Source: Candidatus Omnitrophota bacterium
GTDB lineage: Bacteria > Omnitrophota > Omnitrophia > Omnitrophales > Aquincolibacteriaceae
Assembly: GCA_903884815.1 (NCBI GenBank)
Contig: CAISGE010000022.1
Coordinates: forward strand, 19,031-83,030
Reading direction: 5' to 3'
DNA: 64,000 nt
This document shows positions 10,201 to 18,628 of the stretch, piece after piece; position 1 is the first letter of the stretch; each line of letters starts with the position of its first letter. A model generated the notes under the pieces. It saw only the letters and a program-made list of their open reading frames with translations. It was not told the DNA's origin and made no database searches. Both the position numbers and the translations under genes were made by a program.

Positions 10201-10465
10201 AAACGTATTCGACCCCGGGGATCTCCCAAAACTTCCGCTCGCCGAGGTTCACGATGCGCTGCTCGACTTCGCGGGAACTCGCGCCCGGATAGGCGACAAA
10301 GACATCGAACATCGGCACCGAGATCTGTGGCTCTTCCTCGCGCGGCAGGTTCATCACCGCGAATACGCCGAGAATAAGCGACACCGCGATAATAAGCGGC
10401 GTGATCTTCGATTTCGCGAAGTAGCTGACGATTCCGCTGATAAAGTCCGAATGATGTGTCGTCAT
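7244..10465 (-). CDS. RND-superfamily efflux transporter permease subunit (AcrB/CzcA-like)
   Basis: 1073 aa with 12-TM topology and large periplasmic loops. GILVDDPIVDVENIVRH motif. No membrane-fusion adaptor gene adjacent. Confidence 0.85.
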   Translation of the reverse strand: MTTHHSDFISGIVSYFAKSKITPLIIAVSLILGVFAVMNLPREEEPQISVPMFDVFVAYPGASSREVEQRIVNLGERKFWEIPGVEYVYSTTEAEGALFIIRFKVGENVEKSLIKLYTKVYSNLDFMPPDGTQPLIKVRSIDDVPIMALTFHSEKQDPVALRRTVANLQRIVNAIPDVSETHITGGRKRQFQVFFDEEKLKARLLSPLEIGQLIRAANVKQSSGHLESVPELTQVESDAFFRTKTDLENLVVGVSGGSTVTLKDVANVVDGPDEEERSTHILFGPAEKNAKSGVFEAVTLAISKRKGANAAHLSEVIRHTLKEVPEASFPKDVTMTVTRDYGESAQEKSNELLFHMAIAVFGVSLLIAWSLGRREAGVVAIAIPMTLALTLATFYFLGFTLNRITLFALIFSIGILVDDPIVDVENIVRHLRMPQNKAKNILDVTIEAVNEVRSPLILATLTVIAAILPMAFVSGLMGPYMRPIPIGASAAMFFSMFVAFVATPWAAYQILGKAFAQGKLKAHQVGEKEDFLTRLYRSYMNPLIHDAKVRRIFLWALGILLVAVIMLVPLKLVRMKMLPFDNKNEFQVVLNMPEGTPAAKTQQVISEIAQELVKEPEVKDIEMYVGTAAPYNFNGLVRHYFLRSKPNQADLQVNLAGKHQRKRQSHDIAKAVRPKVHAIVAKYGGHVQVAEVPPGPPVLSTLVMEIYGPTLEGQNELAGSIEKLLSESAGITDIDTYVQAPEKLLRLRVNTQKASLNGIPVTQIAEVLAAAVGGRTVDLAHLSEENEPVEILLRLPQAKRATLEATLNLTLLSRFGNPISIRELVDVKDGTKDLAIYHKNLMRVSYVIADVAGKFESPAYAILQIKDAVSKLPLPTGAGDQKKIDQVFSGQPASTDRWAVKWDGEWQITYEVFRDLGIAFAFVMILIYALVVGWFQSFKTPLIIMLPIPLTLVGILPAHWLGGVFFTATSMIGMIAGAGIVVRNSIILVDFIELRRAEGMPLEEAVIEAGIERFRPMLLTAAAVVVGASVILFDPIFQGLAVALMAGEIASTLLSRTAVPVFYYMMAKKNSKA

Positions 10466-10499
10466 AGTCTCAATTTTCTTTTCTTGATGGTGACCATGA

Positions 10500-10543
10500 C
10501 AGCCCCAATTTCAGATTCTCTGAAATTAATCAGTATTGGGGGC
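10500..10543. repeat. REP-like palindromic element, family 1 (CCCCAAT...ATTGGGG), copy A
   Basis: cagccccaatttcagattctctgaaattaatcagtattggggg. Nested inverted repeats CCCCAAT/ATTGGGG and TTTCAGA/TCTGAAA. In the RND-TolC intergenic gap. Confidence 0.7.
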
Positions 10544-10544
10544 G

Positions 10545-11993
10545 TCATGTTCCCAGACGTGTGTTGACCTGATGAATGCCGTCTTCGTCGAGCTGCCCCG
10601 AAAGGAAGAGCAGCTTGGCGTGTTCGAGTTCGAGCGTGAAAAGGATCTGCTGCAGGCCGGAGGCCGTTTCAAGATACGTGCGGCGTATCGCGAGAAGGTC
10701 CGCGATGGATTTACGACCCTCCTGATAAAGCTTGGCCGTCAGATCACTCGCCTGCTGGGCGTCCTGATAGGCCTGCAGGAGTACCGGATGATCGGCCGTC
10801 ACGGTTTCATAAGCCGTGAGCTCCCCGACAAGCTGTTTCGCGATCTCGTCGCGAAGCGCCTGGCGATCCGCCTTGAGCGCCTCGGTACGGTGCTTTGCCT
10901 CTTGTGTGCGGTCGGGGTAGGTCGGATTAAAAAAGTCCACGCTCCCCCGCATCCCCACCGTGAAGTTCTTGCCGCTTGATGTTAAATCGTGACTGTCGGC
11001 GGCGAGATCGCCAAACCCATAAATTTTGGGAAGGAATGAAGTCTTCTGGCGCAGAGATTCGATGCGCTCCGCATCGATCATACTATCCATCGCCACCAAA
11101 TCCTTACGCTTTTGATAAGCCTGGGCGATCAAGTTTTGAAGTTCCCCCCTCTCCTGCACATCCCCGGGAATCTTTCCTGTGGCATCCCAGACAAGCGCAG
11201 GGTCCTCGCCCATCAGAATATTCATAAACATACGCGAGGTCTTGAGCATCGCCCGCGTCCTGTTCAATTCGCGTTCGACTCCCGCCGACGCGACCTTGGC
11301 CGCGTAAAAATCCGCGCCCAGGATCATGCCTTTTTTCTGGAGATCGTCGGCCTGCTTGAGATCCTGATCGATCACATTCTTCAGACCGGTCGTGATATTG
11401 AAAAGTTCCCGGGCCAATAAAATCGCAAGATAGTTTTCAAGCGCTACGAGCGAGGCTTCCATCTCCGTGAAATCCGCTTCGAGATCCGCCGACTTGACGA
11501 GACGGCGCGCGGAACGGATCTTCGAGATCGTATTAAAGGAATCAAAAAGCAGCATCTCGCCCTGCACCCCGAAGTTGTAATTCGTCCGGTGGCGCGGGGA
11601 GTTCATCGCGTTGAGCTGAAAATCATGATCGGTGAAAGACTCCTGCCGGAGAAGCATGCTGAACACCTCCACGGGATCATCGCTCGTCACCATAGAACTG
11701 ACCCCCTGGATCCGAGGAAAAAGTTCCGCAAGCGCCAAATTCTTGCCGGCCTTGGCCTGCTCGAGCTCCTCATATTTCTTTTTCAGCGCGGGATAGTGGG
11801 CAAGGACCTTTTTATAGCAATCGAGAAAGGTCATGGTGGAGAGCATCTCCGGAGGGCGCGCGGCCGGCTCTTCGGAAAAGACAAAGGGACTGCCCAAGAG
11901 CCCCAAGACAAGTAGGAAAGGCAGTGTTTTCTTCATAAGGATGGCAATCATCTTAGTCCGTTTCTTTAGATTTAGAAAACTTTTTCCGAACAC
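10545..11993 (-). CDS. TolC-family outer membrane efflux protein
   Basis: 482 aa with a signal peptide and two-repeat OEP architecture. Directly upstream of the RND pump gene. Confidence 0.75.
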   Translation of the reverse strand: MFGKSFLNLKKRTKMIAILMKKTLPFLLVLGLLGSPFVFSEEPAARPPEMLSTMTFLDCYKKVLAHYPALKKKYEELEQAKAGKNLALAELFPRIQGVSSMVTSDDPVEVFSMLLRQESFTDHDFQLNAMNSPRHRTNYNFGVQGEMLLFDSFNTISKIRSARRLVKSADLEADFTEMEASLVALENYLAILLARELFNITTGLKNVIDQDLKQADDLQKKGMILGADFYAAKVASAGVERELNRTRAMLKTSRMFMNILMGEDPALVWDATGKIPGDVQERGELQNLIAQAYQKRKDLVAMDSMIDAERIESLRQKTSFLPKIYGFGDLAADSHDLTSSGKNFTVGMRGSVDFFNPTYPDRTQEAKHRTEALKADRQALRDEIAKQLVGELTAYETVTADHPVLLQAYQDAQQASDLTAKLYQEGRKSIADLLAIRRTYLETASGLQQILFTLELEHAKLLFLSGQLDEDGIHQVNTRLGT

Positions 11994-12249
11994 TCTTCAG
12001 AGCCCTGGTCTCAAATAAGTCCAGGGCGTCTAAAAATTGTTTTTTGACAAATGGAGCTGCGCAAAAGCATTTCCTATTTTCGGGTCCGCGGGGACATCCA
12101 TCGCTGAGAATCCAGTAGCAGGACGCCCAGAAATGTCTCCCCAGATCATCTCGTAGGCACGCAGTGAAACTAGCGCTCCGTCACATTAATTCTTAATAGG
12201 TTTGCCGTTCTGCCCAAGTTTTTATTTCCTTTCATTTGTGGCGACTTGG

Positions 12250-12293
12250 GCTGCCCCAATTTCCGCTTCACGGAAATTGATAAGAATTGGGGC
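12250..12293. repeat. REP-like palindromic element, family 1, copy B
   Basis: ctgccccaatttccgcttcacggaaattgataagaattggggc. Same architecture as copy A, with TTTCCG/CGGAAA inner arms. Confidence 0.7.
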
Positions 12294-12330
12294 TTTACCG
12301 TGTGCCGTTATAAATTTATGTGACACGGTA

Positions 12331-13143
12331 CTAGTTATGCCCGGATAAAGCTTTTCCGCCCAAAACCCGGTCAATCTCAGCTTTCCAGGAATTGATATCG
12401 CGGGCACCGGATTTCTTTCCGTTCAGGAAGAAGGTCGGGGTTCCGCGAACATCCGACTGAACTCCCAATTTCATATCGTCTTTAATTTGCTTGTCGAATT
12501 CAGCGTCCTTGTTCTTGAGGTCTTCTTTTAGTTTGTTCTCATCCAAAGCAAGCGCCTGCGCATACTCTTTCACTTTGGCCTCAGAGACATCGGCCCTGTT
12601 CTTCATGAGAATATCAATCGCTTCAAAATACTTTCCCTGAAGATGGGCCGCTAAAGCAAATTTAGCCGCAGGCACAGCTCTTTGATGAAAACCAAGCGGG
12701 TAATTCTTGACCATAAGTTTGACCTTGTCCGGATACGCTTTCAGAACCTCTTTAATCGGCTCATAAAAACGCGAACAATACGGACACTCGAAATCAGCGA
12801 ACATCGTGATCATGACAGCAGCGTCCTTAGGACCCTTCACCGGCGTGACCCCGACATCGAGTACATATACCTTATTCAGATCTTCCGCAGGCGATGGCTG
12901 CCTCCCCTGACTTCCGCGGCAGAGCGCTCCGGTGGCGATCTTTTGGTCTAACGAATCGATTTTCCTCTCCAGGACGTCGATCTTCTTATCTATACGGTTC
13001 TGCGTCTCGGATAACGCTGCCATTCTGGCGCTGACAGGGGCCATGGCACGCGTCACCAAAAAATTGATGCCGATCAACAACGCGATACCGGCAACAATCC
13101 ACGCGCCGACCGCTAAAAAAGCATTCCTCGTCTGCTCATGCAT
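12331..13143 (-). CDS. DsbA-like thioredoxin-fold protein with N-terminal TM anchor and coiled coil
   Basis: 270 aa. CPYC active-site motif (FADFECPYCSRF). N-terminal TM helix followed by a heptad-rich segment (IDKKIDVLERKIDSLDQKI). Confidence 0.75.
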   Translation of the reverse strand: MHEQTRNAFLAVGAWIVAGIALLIGINFLVTRAMAPVSARMAALSETQNRIDKKIDVLERKIDSLDQKIATGALCRGSQGRQPSPAEDLNKVYVLDVGVTPVKGPKDAAVMITMFADFECPYCSRFYEPIKEVLKAYPDKVKLMVKNYPLGFHQRAVPAAKFALAAHLQGKYFEAIDILMKNRADVSEAKVKEYAQALALDENKLKEDLKNKDAEFDKQIKDDMKLGVQSDVRGTPTFFLNGKKSGARDINSWKAEIDRVLGGKALSGHN

Positions 13144-13349
13144 ACATACTCCTTTAATTTATTTGATGTTTTTTCTATCTCACCCACGAACAAGGCATTT
13201 ACTTTATTTTCTTTTTTAGCTCGACCAATACATTAAGCACGATGTATATCCCGCCCGATTCCTAGGACTAAAAAGCTAGCTCCGCTTTCGTTTAGTCAAT
13301 CACAATAGGGATTCATTGAACATTTTTCTCTTATTTTTGTAAATGCTTA

Positions 13350-14426
13350 TTATCTGACCTCTGCAGCCGGGGCCGGTTCGCTGGAAAAGAATTTACGGCG
13401 AAAATACAGCGAAAGGCTCACAAGCCCGATCAACACGGGGACTTCGACCAGGGGGCCGATCACGGCTGCAAACGCGACGCCGGAATGGATCCCGAACACA
13501 GCCACCGCCACAGCGATCGCCAATTCAAAGTTATTACTCGCGGCCGTGAAGGATAAAGTCGCGGACTGAGCGTAATTCGCGCCGATATTTTTGCTCATAA
13601 AAAAAGAGAGCAGGAACATCACGACAAAGTAGAGGAGAAGGGGTATTGCGATGCGCACCACATCCACCGGAATCCTGACGATCGCCTCGCCTTTAAGCGA
13701 AAACATCACAACGATCGTAAACAATAGTGCGATAAGCGTCATAGGACTGATGGCCGGGATGAACTTTGTCTCATACCAGACCTTATCCTTGGCTTTGAGC
13801 AGAATGAAACGCGTCAGCATCCCCGCCAGAAAGGGAATGCCGAGGTAGATAAAGACGCTTTTCGCGATCTGCCCGATCGTGATAGCCACCACGCTGCCAT
13901 CGAGGCCGAACCAGCGCGGCAATAACGTAATAAAAACCCAGGCATACACGGAGAAAAACAAAACCTGGAAGATCGAGTTGAACGCCACAAGCCCGGCGCA
14001 ATACTCCGTATCCCCTTCCGCGAGATCGTTCCAGACAATGACCATGGCGATGCAGCGTGCGAGACCGATCATGATCAGCCCGACCCTATATTCCGGATAG
14101 CCGCGCAGGAACGTGATCGCCAGAACGAACATCAGGATGGGGCCGATTACCCAATTCTGTACCAGGGAAAGCAGTAGGACCTTCGTGTTCTTGAACACGT
14201 CGCCGAGTTCTTCGTACTTCACCTTCGCGAGCGGCGGGTACATCATGAGGATCAGTCCGATCGCGATCGGGATATTGGTCGTCCCCACCTGGAACTTATT
14301 CCAGAAACCCACCACCGGAGGGTAAAAATATCCCGCCGCGACACCGAGCCCCATCCCGAGAAAAATCCAAAGTGTCAAGAACCGGTCTAAAAAAGAAAGC
14401 TTTTTGGGAGAATCGCAGCATGGCAT
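13350..14426 (-). CDS. acr3: Arsenite efflux transporter, ACR3 family
   Basis: 358 aa, 10 TM. N-terminal region [23 protein letters not shown] typical of Acr3/ArsB (BART superfamily). Confidence 0.8.
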   Translation of the reverse strand: MPCCDSPKKLSFLDRFLTLWIFLGMGLGVAAGYFYPPVVGFWNKFQVGTTNIPIAIGLILMMYPPLAKVKYEELGDVFKNTKVLLLSLVQNWVIGPILMFVLAITFLRGYPEYRVGLIMIGLARCIAMVIVWNDLAEGDTEYCAGLVAFNSIFQVLFFSVYAWVFITLLPRWFGLDGSVVAITIGQIAKSVFIYLGIPFLAGMLTRFILLKAKDKVWYETKFIPAISPMTLIALLFTIVVMFSLKGEAIVRIPVDVVRIAIPLLLYFVVMFLLSFFMSKNIGANYAQSATLSFTAASNNFELAIAVAVAVFGIHSGVAFAAVIGPLVEVPVLIGLVSLSLYFRRKFFSSEPAPAAEVR

Positions 14427-14437
14427 GAAAGGACTCC

Positions 14438-14860
14438 TTATTCTGAAATGCCGTTTAAAGCAACTGCTTTAAATTTTCCATGGATCATGTCCCGGACTTT
14501 CCGGAACTCTTCAATGACGCCTTCGGTAATCTCTTTGTCATGCGGAGGATCTGGAAATTCCCAATGCAGGCGTTTCGTATTGCCAGGAAAGAACGGGCAT
14601 GATTCCTTCGCATTATCGCAAACCGTTATGACGTAATCGAAGCTTTGCCCCTTGAACTCATCCACATGTTTCGAGCGATGTCCCGAAATATCGATCCCGA
14701 TCTCCTTCATGACACGAATCGCGACAGGATTCGCCTGGGAAGGAATTGTCCCTGCGCTGAACACCTCAAAGCGGTCATTTCCGTAATGTCGCAAAATGCC
14801 TTCCGCCATTTGCGAACGACAGGAATTACCGGTGCAAAGAATTAGAACTTTTCTTTTCAT
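14438..14860 (-). CDS. arsC: Arsenate reductase, LMW-PTP/thioredoxin-coupled type (ArsC)
   Basis: [14 protein letters not shown]-loop plus downstream Cys in TVCD and ESCP. Start taken at MKRKVLIL (14860) with a good upstream context. The ORF track extends to 14929. Confidence 0.8.
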   Translation of the reverse strand: MKRKVLILCTGNSCRSQMAEGILRHYGNDRFEVFSAGTIPSQANPVAIRVMKEIGIDISGHRSKHVDEFKGQSFDYVITVCDNAKESCPFFPGNTKRLHWEFPDPPHDKEITEGVIEEFRKVRDMIHGKFKAVALNGISE

Positions 14861-15161
14861 TGTTTTTTTCCGGAACGTTTTTACAACATCCCCCTTCGAT
14901 CTTGATTCCGTGGTGATGCACGAGGGCATTTGCGAGCTTTTTGCGGGCCGCGGTAAGAATGCGTGAGACGGTCGAACGGTGCACTTTCATCTTCCGGGCC
15001 GCCGCATCCTGCTCAAGACGCCGGCCGTCACAAAGCCACAGCGCCTCCAGCTCATCCAATGTGAGAGTCGTTACGACAATATCTTTCTTTGCCACGTGGA
15101 GCGGACGAAAACAGCGGTCTCCCGGCTTGCAGCCGACCTGCCGGATCTTCTTAGGACGCAT
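14826..15161 (-). CDS. DUF134/UPF0251 family putative DNA-binding protein (sigma-70 region-4-like HTH), candidate ars regulator
   Basis: 111 aa. LTLDELEALWLCD...KMKVHRSTVSRILTAARKKLANAL...GIKIEGG matches the UPF0251 pattern. First gene of the ars cluster. Cys pairs at both ends. Confidence 0.65.
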   Translation of the reverse strand: MRPKKIRQVGCKPGDRCFRPLHVAKKDIVVTTLTLDELEALWLCDGRRLEQDAAARKMKVHRSTVSRILTAARKKLANALVHHHGIKIEGGCCKNVPEKNNEKKSSNSLHR

Positions 15162-15250
15162 TTTGATCCCTCCTTTGCACCGTTTTTGTATTATTTACGA
15201 GTCAACGGTGCGGCACCTCGAACCATTCTTTTGAAGCTATCTCGGTGCCG

Positions 15251-15270
15251 TTATGCACATATGTGCATAA
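15251..15270. promoter_or_regulatory. Perfect 20-bp palindrome TTATGCACATATGTGCATAA, candidate operator of the DUF134-arsC-acr3 operon
   Basis: Exact reverse-complement symmetry. Located ~90 bp upstream of the DUF134 gene start in a 153-bp intergenic region. Confidence 0.55.
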
Positions 15271-15314
15271 TAGACTCAAAAAGAACTCATGTCAAATATT
15301 TTTTATGAAAAGGA

Positions 15315-16229
15315 TCAAGTCAGGAAAGCGACGCTAAAAATACCGGAGGTGGTTTGGACCTTATTGCTCCCGAAGATATCCTGCTGCACGCCGGTCTCAA
15401 AACGCCAATGATCGCTCACCGGCATAATGAACCCCAGAACCACGCTCGCGAGATTGGCGGTCGTCCCGTGCCCCCCAAAATCATGGGAGTAAATCACTTC
15501 GATCTCCGGCTGCAACCACGGAAGCAGCTGATAACCCGCCGCGAAATTCGCGTGAGCCGTCCCGTAATAAAAGCTCGTGCGCTCCCAATGGGCGAACGGC
15601 GTGTTGTACCCCAGATTCACCGTCCCATTCCAGCGACCGATGTCCTTGGTGAAGGCGAAAGCGTTGTCCAAGCTGGTATAGCCTTGGCCGGCGCCGAGAT
15701 GGTCCAGATTGCTGCGCCGTCCGGTCGGCGCATACACCGTGGGTATGTAGGAGATCTCGAGTTTTTCCTCCTTAGAATGATAAAATCGCCAGCGAGCCGT
15801 CACGCCGAGGTCTCCCCAACCGCCACCGTGCGTGGGTCCGTCCGTATCCGAATCCTCCATGTCTCCGGCCTCATTGTAATTATTTTCCTTATCCAGCCGG
15901 TGCTGAAAATCCTCGAGGATCCCGATATCCATATCCTTATAAAACCCGACCGTGGTCAGCGTGTTCCACGTCTGAGTTTGATAGATCCCCCGTTTGTTTC
16001 TCGCACCATTGGACTCCCAGGCGAATTTTCCGCCTAGGACAACATAGGAGTTCCAAAATTCCACCTGGCCGGGGTCGTTCGGCGTCGCAGCCACCGTGAC
16101 AACCTTGGAGTGTTCCTCGAGGGTCTCATTTTCGGAAACCTGATCGGCAAAAAGAAAGACCGGCCAAAGACACGTCGAAAATGCCAAAAGGGTTAGCACG
16201 CGAGAATAATTCATGGGAAATGCGGTCAT
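15315..16229 (-). CDS. Outer-membrane beta-barrel protein (putative porin/transporter)
   Basis: 304 aa with a signal peptide and alternating aromatic/hydrophilic beta-strand pattern. C-terminal ...FSVAFLT. Confidence 0.5.
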   Translation of the reverse strand: MTAFPMNYSRVLTLLAFSTCLWPVFLFADQVSENETLEEHSKVVTVAATPNDPGQVEFWNSYVVLGGKFAWESNGARNKRGIYQTQTWNTLTTVGFYKDMDIGILEDFQHRLDKENNYNEAGDMEDSDTDGPTHGGGWGDLGVTARWRFYHSKEEKLEISYIPTVYAPTGRRSNLDHLGAGQGYTSLDNAFAFTKDIGRWNGTVNLGYNTPFAHWERTSFYYGTAHANFAAGYQLLPWLQPEIEVIYSHDFGGHGTTANLASVVLGFIMPVSDHWRFETGVQQDIFGSNKVQTTSGIFSVAFLT

Positions 16230-16371
16230 TTTTTTTCAGAAGGCCCTTTAGGTTTAAGGCAGTCGCCGCCGCAGCAACCGCCGCTCTTCTTTCTCAAAAA
16301 AAGACGCAGTACCAGGAGCGCCGCCAGCGCCACAATGCTTAAAGCAATGATTTCGTTAGTGTCCATATTCA
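16226..16371 (-). pseudogene. Possible FeoB-associated Cys-rich small membrane protein, apparently frameshifted
   Basis: ATG at 16371 gives MNMDTNEIIALSIVALA, then a stop after 25 codons. A different frame continues with LLVLRLFLRKKSGGCCGGDCL, so a TM helix plus Cys-rich tail is split across two frames near gcgctggcgcgctcctgg. Confidence 0.3.
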
Positions 16372-16379
16372 TCTCCTTG

Positions 16380-16410
16380 AACCATTTCAACCTACGAGGT
16401 TGAAGTGGTT
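16380..16410. repeat. Palindromic element, family 2 (AACCATTTCAACCT-N4-GGTTGAAATGGTT), copy 1
   Basis: aaccatttcaacctacgaggttgaagtggtt, a 13-bp stem with one G substitution. Overlaps the feoB stop codon. Confidence 0.6.
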
Positions 16411-18628
16411 ATTCAAAACCCAACAGCCGCCCCCCTTGAAAGACAATAAAAGACGCGGACCACGCGAGCGCGGTCATGTAGAAGATCATAAAGAACATCC
16501 AGCCCCAGGAACCGGTCTCGCGCTTCACGATCGCAAAGGTGGAAAAGCACTGGCAGGCAAGCACATAAAAAACCATGAGCGAAAGCGCCACGAGTGGCGT
16601 GTAAGAGAGCTTTCCGGTCTCCGGTGAGCGGTCTTTCTGGAGCGCCGCCACGAGTCCCGCGGTCATGCCTTCGCCTTCGGTTTGAACGTGATGCACGATC
16701 GCAAGCGTGCTGATCAAAAGTTCGCGCGCCGCAAACGAAGCCACGATGCCGATGCCGATCTCCCAGTTAAAACCCAGAGGCCGGATGGCGGGCTCGATGA
16801 TCTTTCCGAGAGACCCGGCATAACTGGAACGGATTTGGAGATCCTTCTTCGAATGTTCGATCTCTCCGAGACGCGCCTGCAAAGCCTCCCCGCTCAAAGT
16901 CGCGGTAGCCTGCTGTCGCTCGGCCACAAAACGGGCCTCCGCGGAGGGACTCTTCGGATAGCTCACACAAAACCAAAGCAGGATCGAGAGGAGAAAAATA
17001 ATGCTCCCCGCCCGGGTAATGAATTCCTTCGCGCGATCCCACATCGTGCCAAACACTGTCTTCAAATGAGGGATCCGGTAAGGCGGCAGCTCGAACACGA
17101 ACGGCATCCGGTTCCCCTTGAGAAACGTCTTGCGAAAAAGCGAGGCAACCCCCAGACCGGTCCCGATACTCAAAAGATAAAGCCCGAGAAGCGTCAGTCC
17201 CTGAAGATGAAAGACATGAAACACGGGAACCGCAGGAATGAACGCCGCGATCAAAAGCGTGTAAACCGGAAGCCGCGCGCTACAGCTCATAAGAGGCGCC
17301 ACGAGGATCGTCGCGAGCCGGTCGTTCCGGTCCTCGATCGTGCGGGTCGCCAGGATCCCGGGTACTGTGCAGGCGAAAGAACTCAAAAGGGGCAGGAAGG
17401 CCTTGCCGTTCAGCCCCACCTTTTTCATAAGTTTGTCGAGCACGAACACCGCGCGCGCCATATAACCCGTGTCCTCAAAAAGAGCGATGAAAAAGAAAAG
17501 GAGAAAGATCTGCGGCAGAAAAACCACCACGTTTCCCACTCCCGCGATGATCCCGTCCACCACAAGGCTCTCAAGCGGCCCGGCCGGCAAGAGCGCCTGG
17601 GCAAAGTCCCCCAGCTTTTCGATGATCCGGGACAAAAGATCCATCGGGATCTTCGCCCAGGAAAATATCGACTGGAAGATGATCCCCATCACCCCGACGA
17701 AAGCCACGAGGCCCCATACGCGATGCGTTAGGATCCGATCCAGTTTCTCCGAGAACGGCACCGTCTTTTGAGGCATGCGCCGGATGACCTCCTCGCAAAG
17801 GTGATCGACCGCCGCGTACCGGCATTCGGGTTCCACGGAGGTCCAGTCGATCCCGTTCTGTTTCAGAGACGCGCGAACGCTCAGCGCCTCCACCCGCAAA
17901 AGATCTCCGGTCTTCATATCCCCGAAAAAAGGACTCCGGAAAGAACGGTCCGAAAGGATCCGGAGGGCCTCTCCAAAAGCAGCTTGAGGACGGTTCTTTA
18001 AACGGCCTTCGATCAGGACCACAATCTTATCCAGCTCGGTCTTAAGCAGGCCGGGCAAAAAAGGCTCTACCGAAAACCGTCCCGACCCCTCTGCAGGATC
18101 CGCAAGCGTCAGGGCGATGGCCTGCTGGAGCTTCGCGATCCCCTCCCGCTCCATCCCCACCGTCGTAACGCAGGGTACTCCGGTCCGTTTTTCGAGTTTC
18201 TGAAGATCAACCTCCACGCCCTTTTGCCGAGCCATATCCCACATGTTAAGCACGAGAATGACGGGAATCCCGGTCTCCAGAACCTGGGTTGCCAGATAAA
18301 GATTCCGCTCTAGATTCCCGGCATCCAAAACGACCAAGACGAGGTCGGGAGGCGGCGTGTCCCCTCTTATGCCCAAAAGAACATCATGCACCACCTCTTC
18401 ATCCAGAGAGCGCGGCAAAAGGCTGTAGGCCCCCGGAAGGTCCAAAACGGAGATATCCTCCCCGCCCGGAAGTCGCATCGAGCCTGTCTTTTTCTCAACG
18501 GTCACTCCGGGATAATTGGCCGTGCTGTGCCTAAGGCCTGTCAGCGCGTTAAAGATCGTGGTTTTCCCCGTGTTGGGGTTACCGACCAACGCGATCTCTT
18601 TATTTTTTTTATCAACGGTCTTCTTCAT
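16409..18628 (-). CDS. feoB: Ferrous iron transport protein B
   Basis: N-terminal G-domain GNPNTGKTT, followed by a polytopic membrane domain. Start placed at MKKTVDKK (18628), overlapping the feoA stop by 4 nt. The ORF track's 104-aa Arg/Gly-rich N-extension is rejected. Confidence 0.9.
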   Translation of the reverse strand: MKKTVDKKNKEIALVGNPNTGKTTIFNALTGLRHSTANYPGVTVEKKTGSMRLPGGEDISVLDLPGAYSLLPRSLDEEVVHDVLLGIRGDTPPPDLVLVVLDAGNLERNLYLATQVLETGIPVILVLNMWDMARQKGVEVDLQKLEKRTGVPCVTTVGMEREGIAKLQQAIALTLADPAEGSGRFSVEPFLPGLLKTELDKIVVLIEGRLKNRPQAAFGEALRILSDRSFRSPFFGDMKTGDLLRVEALSVRASLKQNGIDWTSVEPECRYAAVDHLCEEVIRRMPQKTVPFSEKLDRILTHRVWGLVAFVGVMGIIFQSIFSWAKIPMDLLSRIIEKLGDFAQALLPAGPLESLVVDGIIAGVGNVVVFLPQIFLLFFFIALFEDTGYMARAVFVLDKLMKKVGLNGKAFLPLLSSFACTVPGILATRTIEDRNDRLATILVAPLMSCSARLPVYTLLIAAFIPAVPVFHVFHLQGLTLLGLYLLSIGTGLGVASLFRKTFLKGNRMPFVFELPPYRIPHLKTVFGTMWDRAKEFITRAGSIIFLLSILLWFCVSYPKSPSAEARFVAERQQATATLSGEALQARLGEIEHSKKDLQIRSSYAGSLGKIIEPAIRPLGFNWEIGIGIVASFAARELLISTLAIVHHVQTEGEGMTAGLVAALQKDRSPETGKLSYTPLVALSLMVFYVLACQCFSTFAIVKRETGSWGWMFFMIFYMTALAWSASFIVFQGGRLLGFE

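Noticed and set aside
11994-12330. ncRNA or tRNA in the 337-bp TolC-DsbA intergenic gap, and in other gaps at 20466-20645, 24329-24509 and 52103-52312
   Set aside because: No tRNA T-loop (GTTCGA-type) or other recognisable ncRNA signature was seen. The hairpin GCCCTGG...CCAGGGC at ~12003-12028 has its T-run on the plus strand, where no gene is supported. I left it unannotated beyond this note.
12222-12407. 61-aa minus-strand ORF spanning the REP-like element
   Set aside because: It overlaps the 3' end of the DsbA-like gene and is translated through a palindromic repeat. No coding signal.
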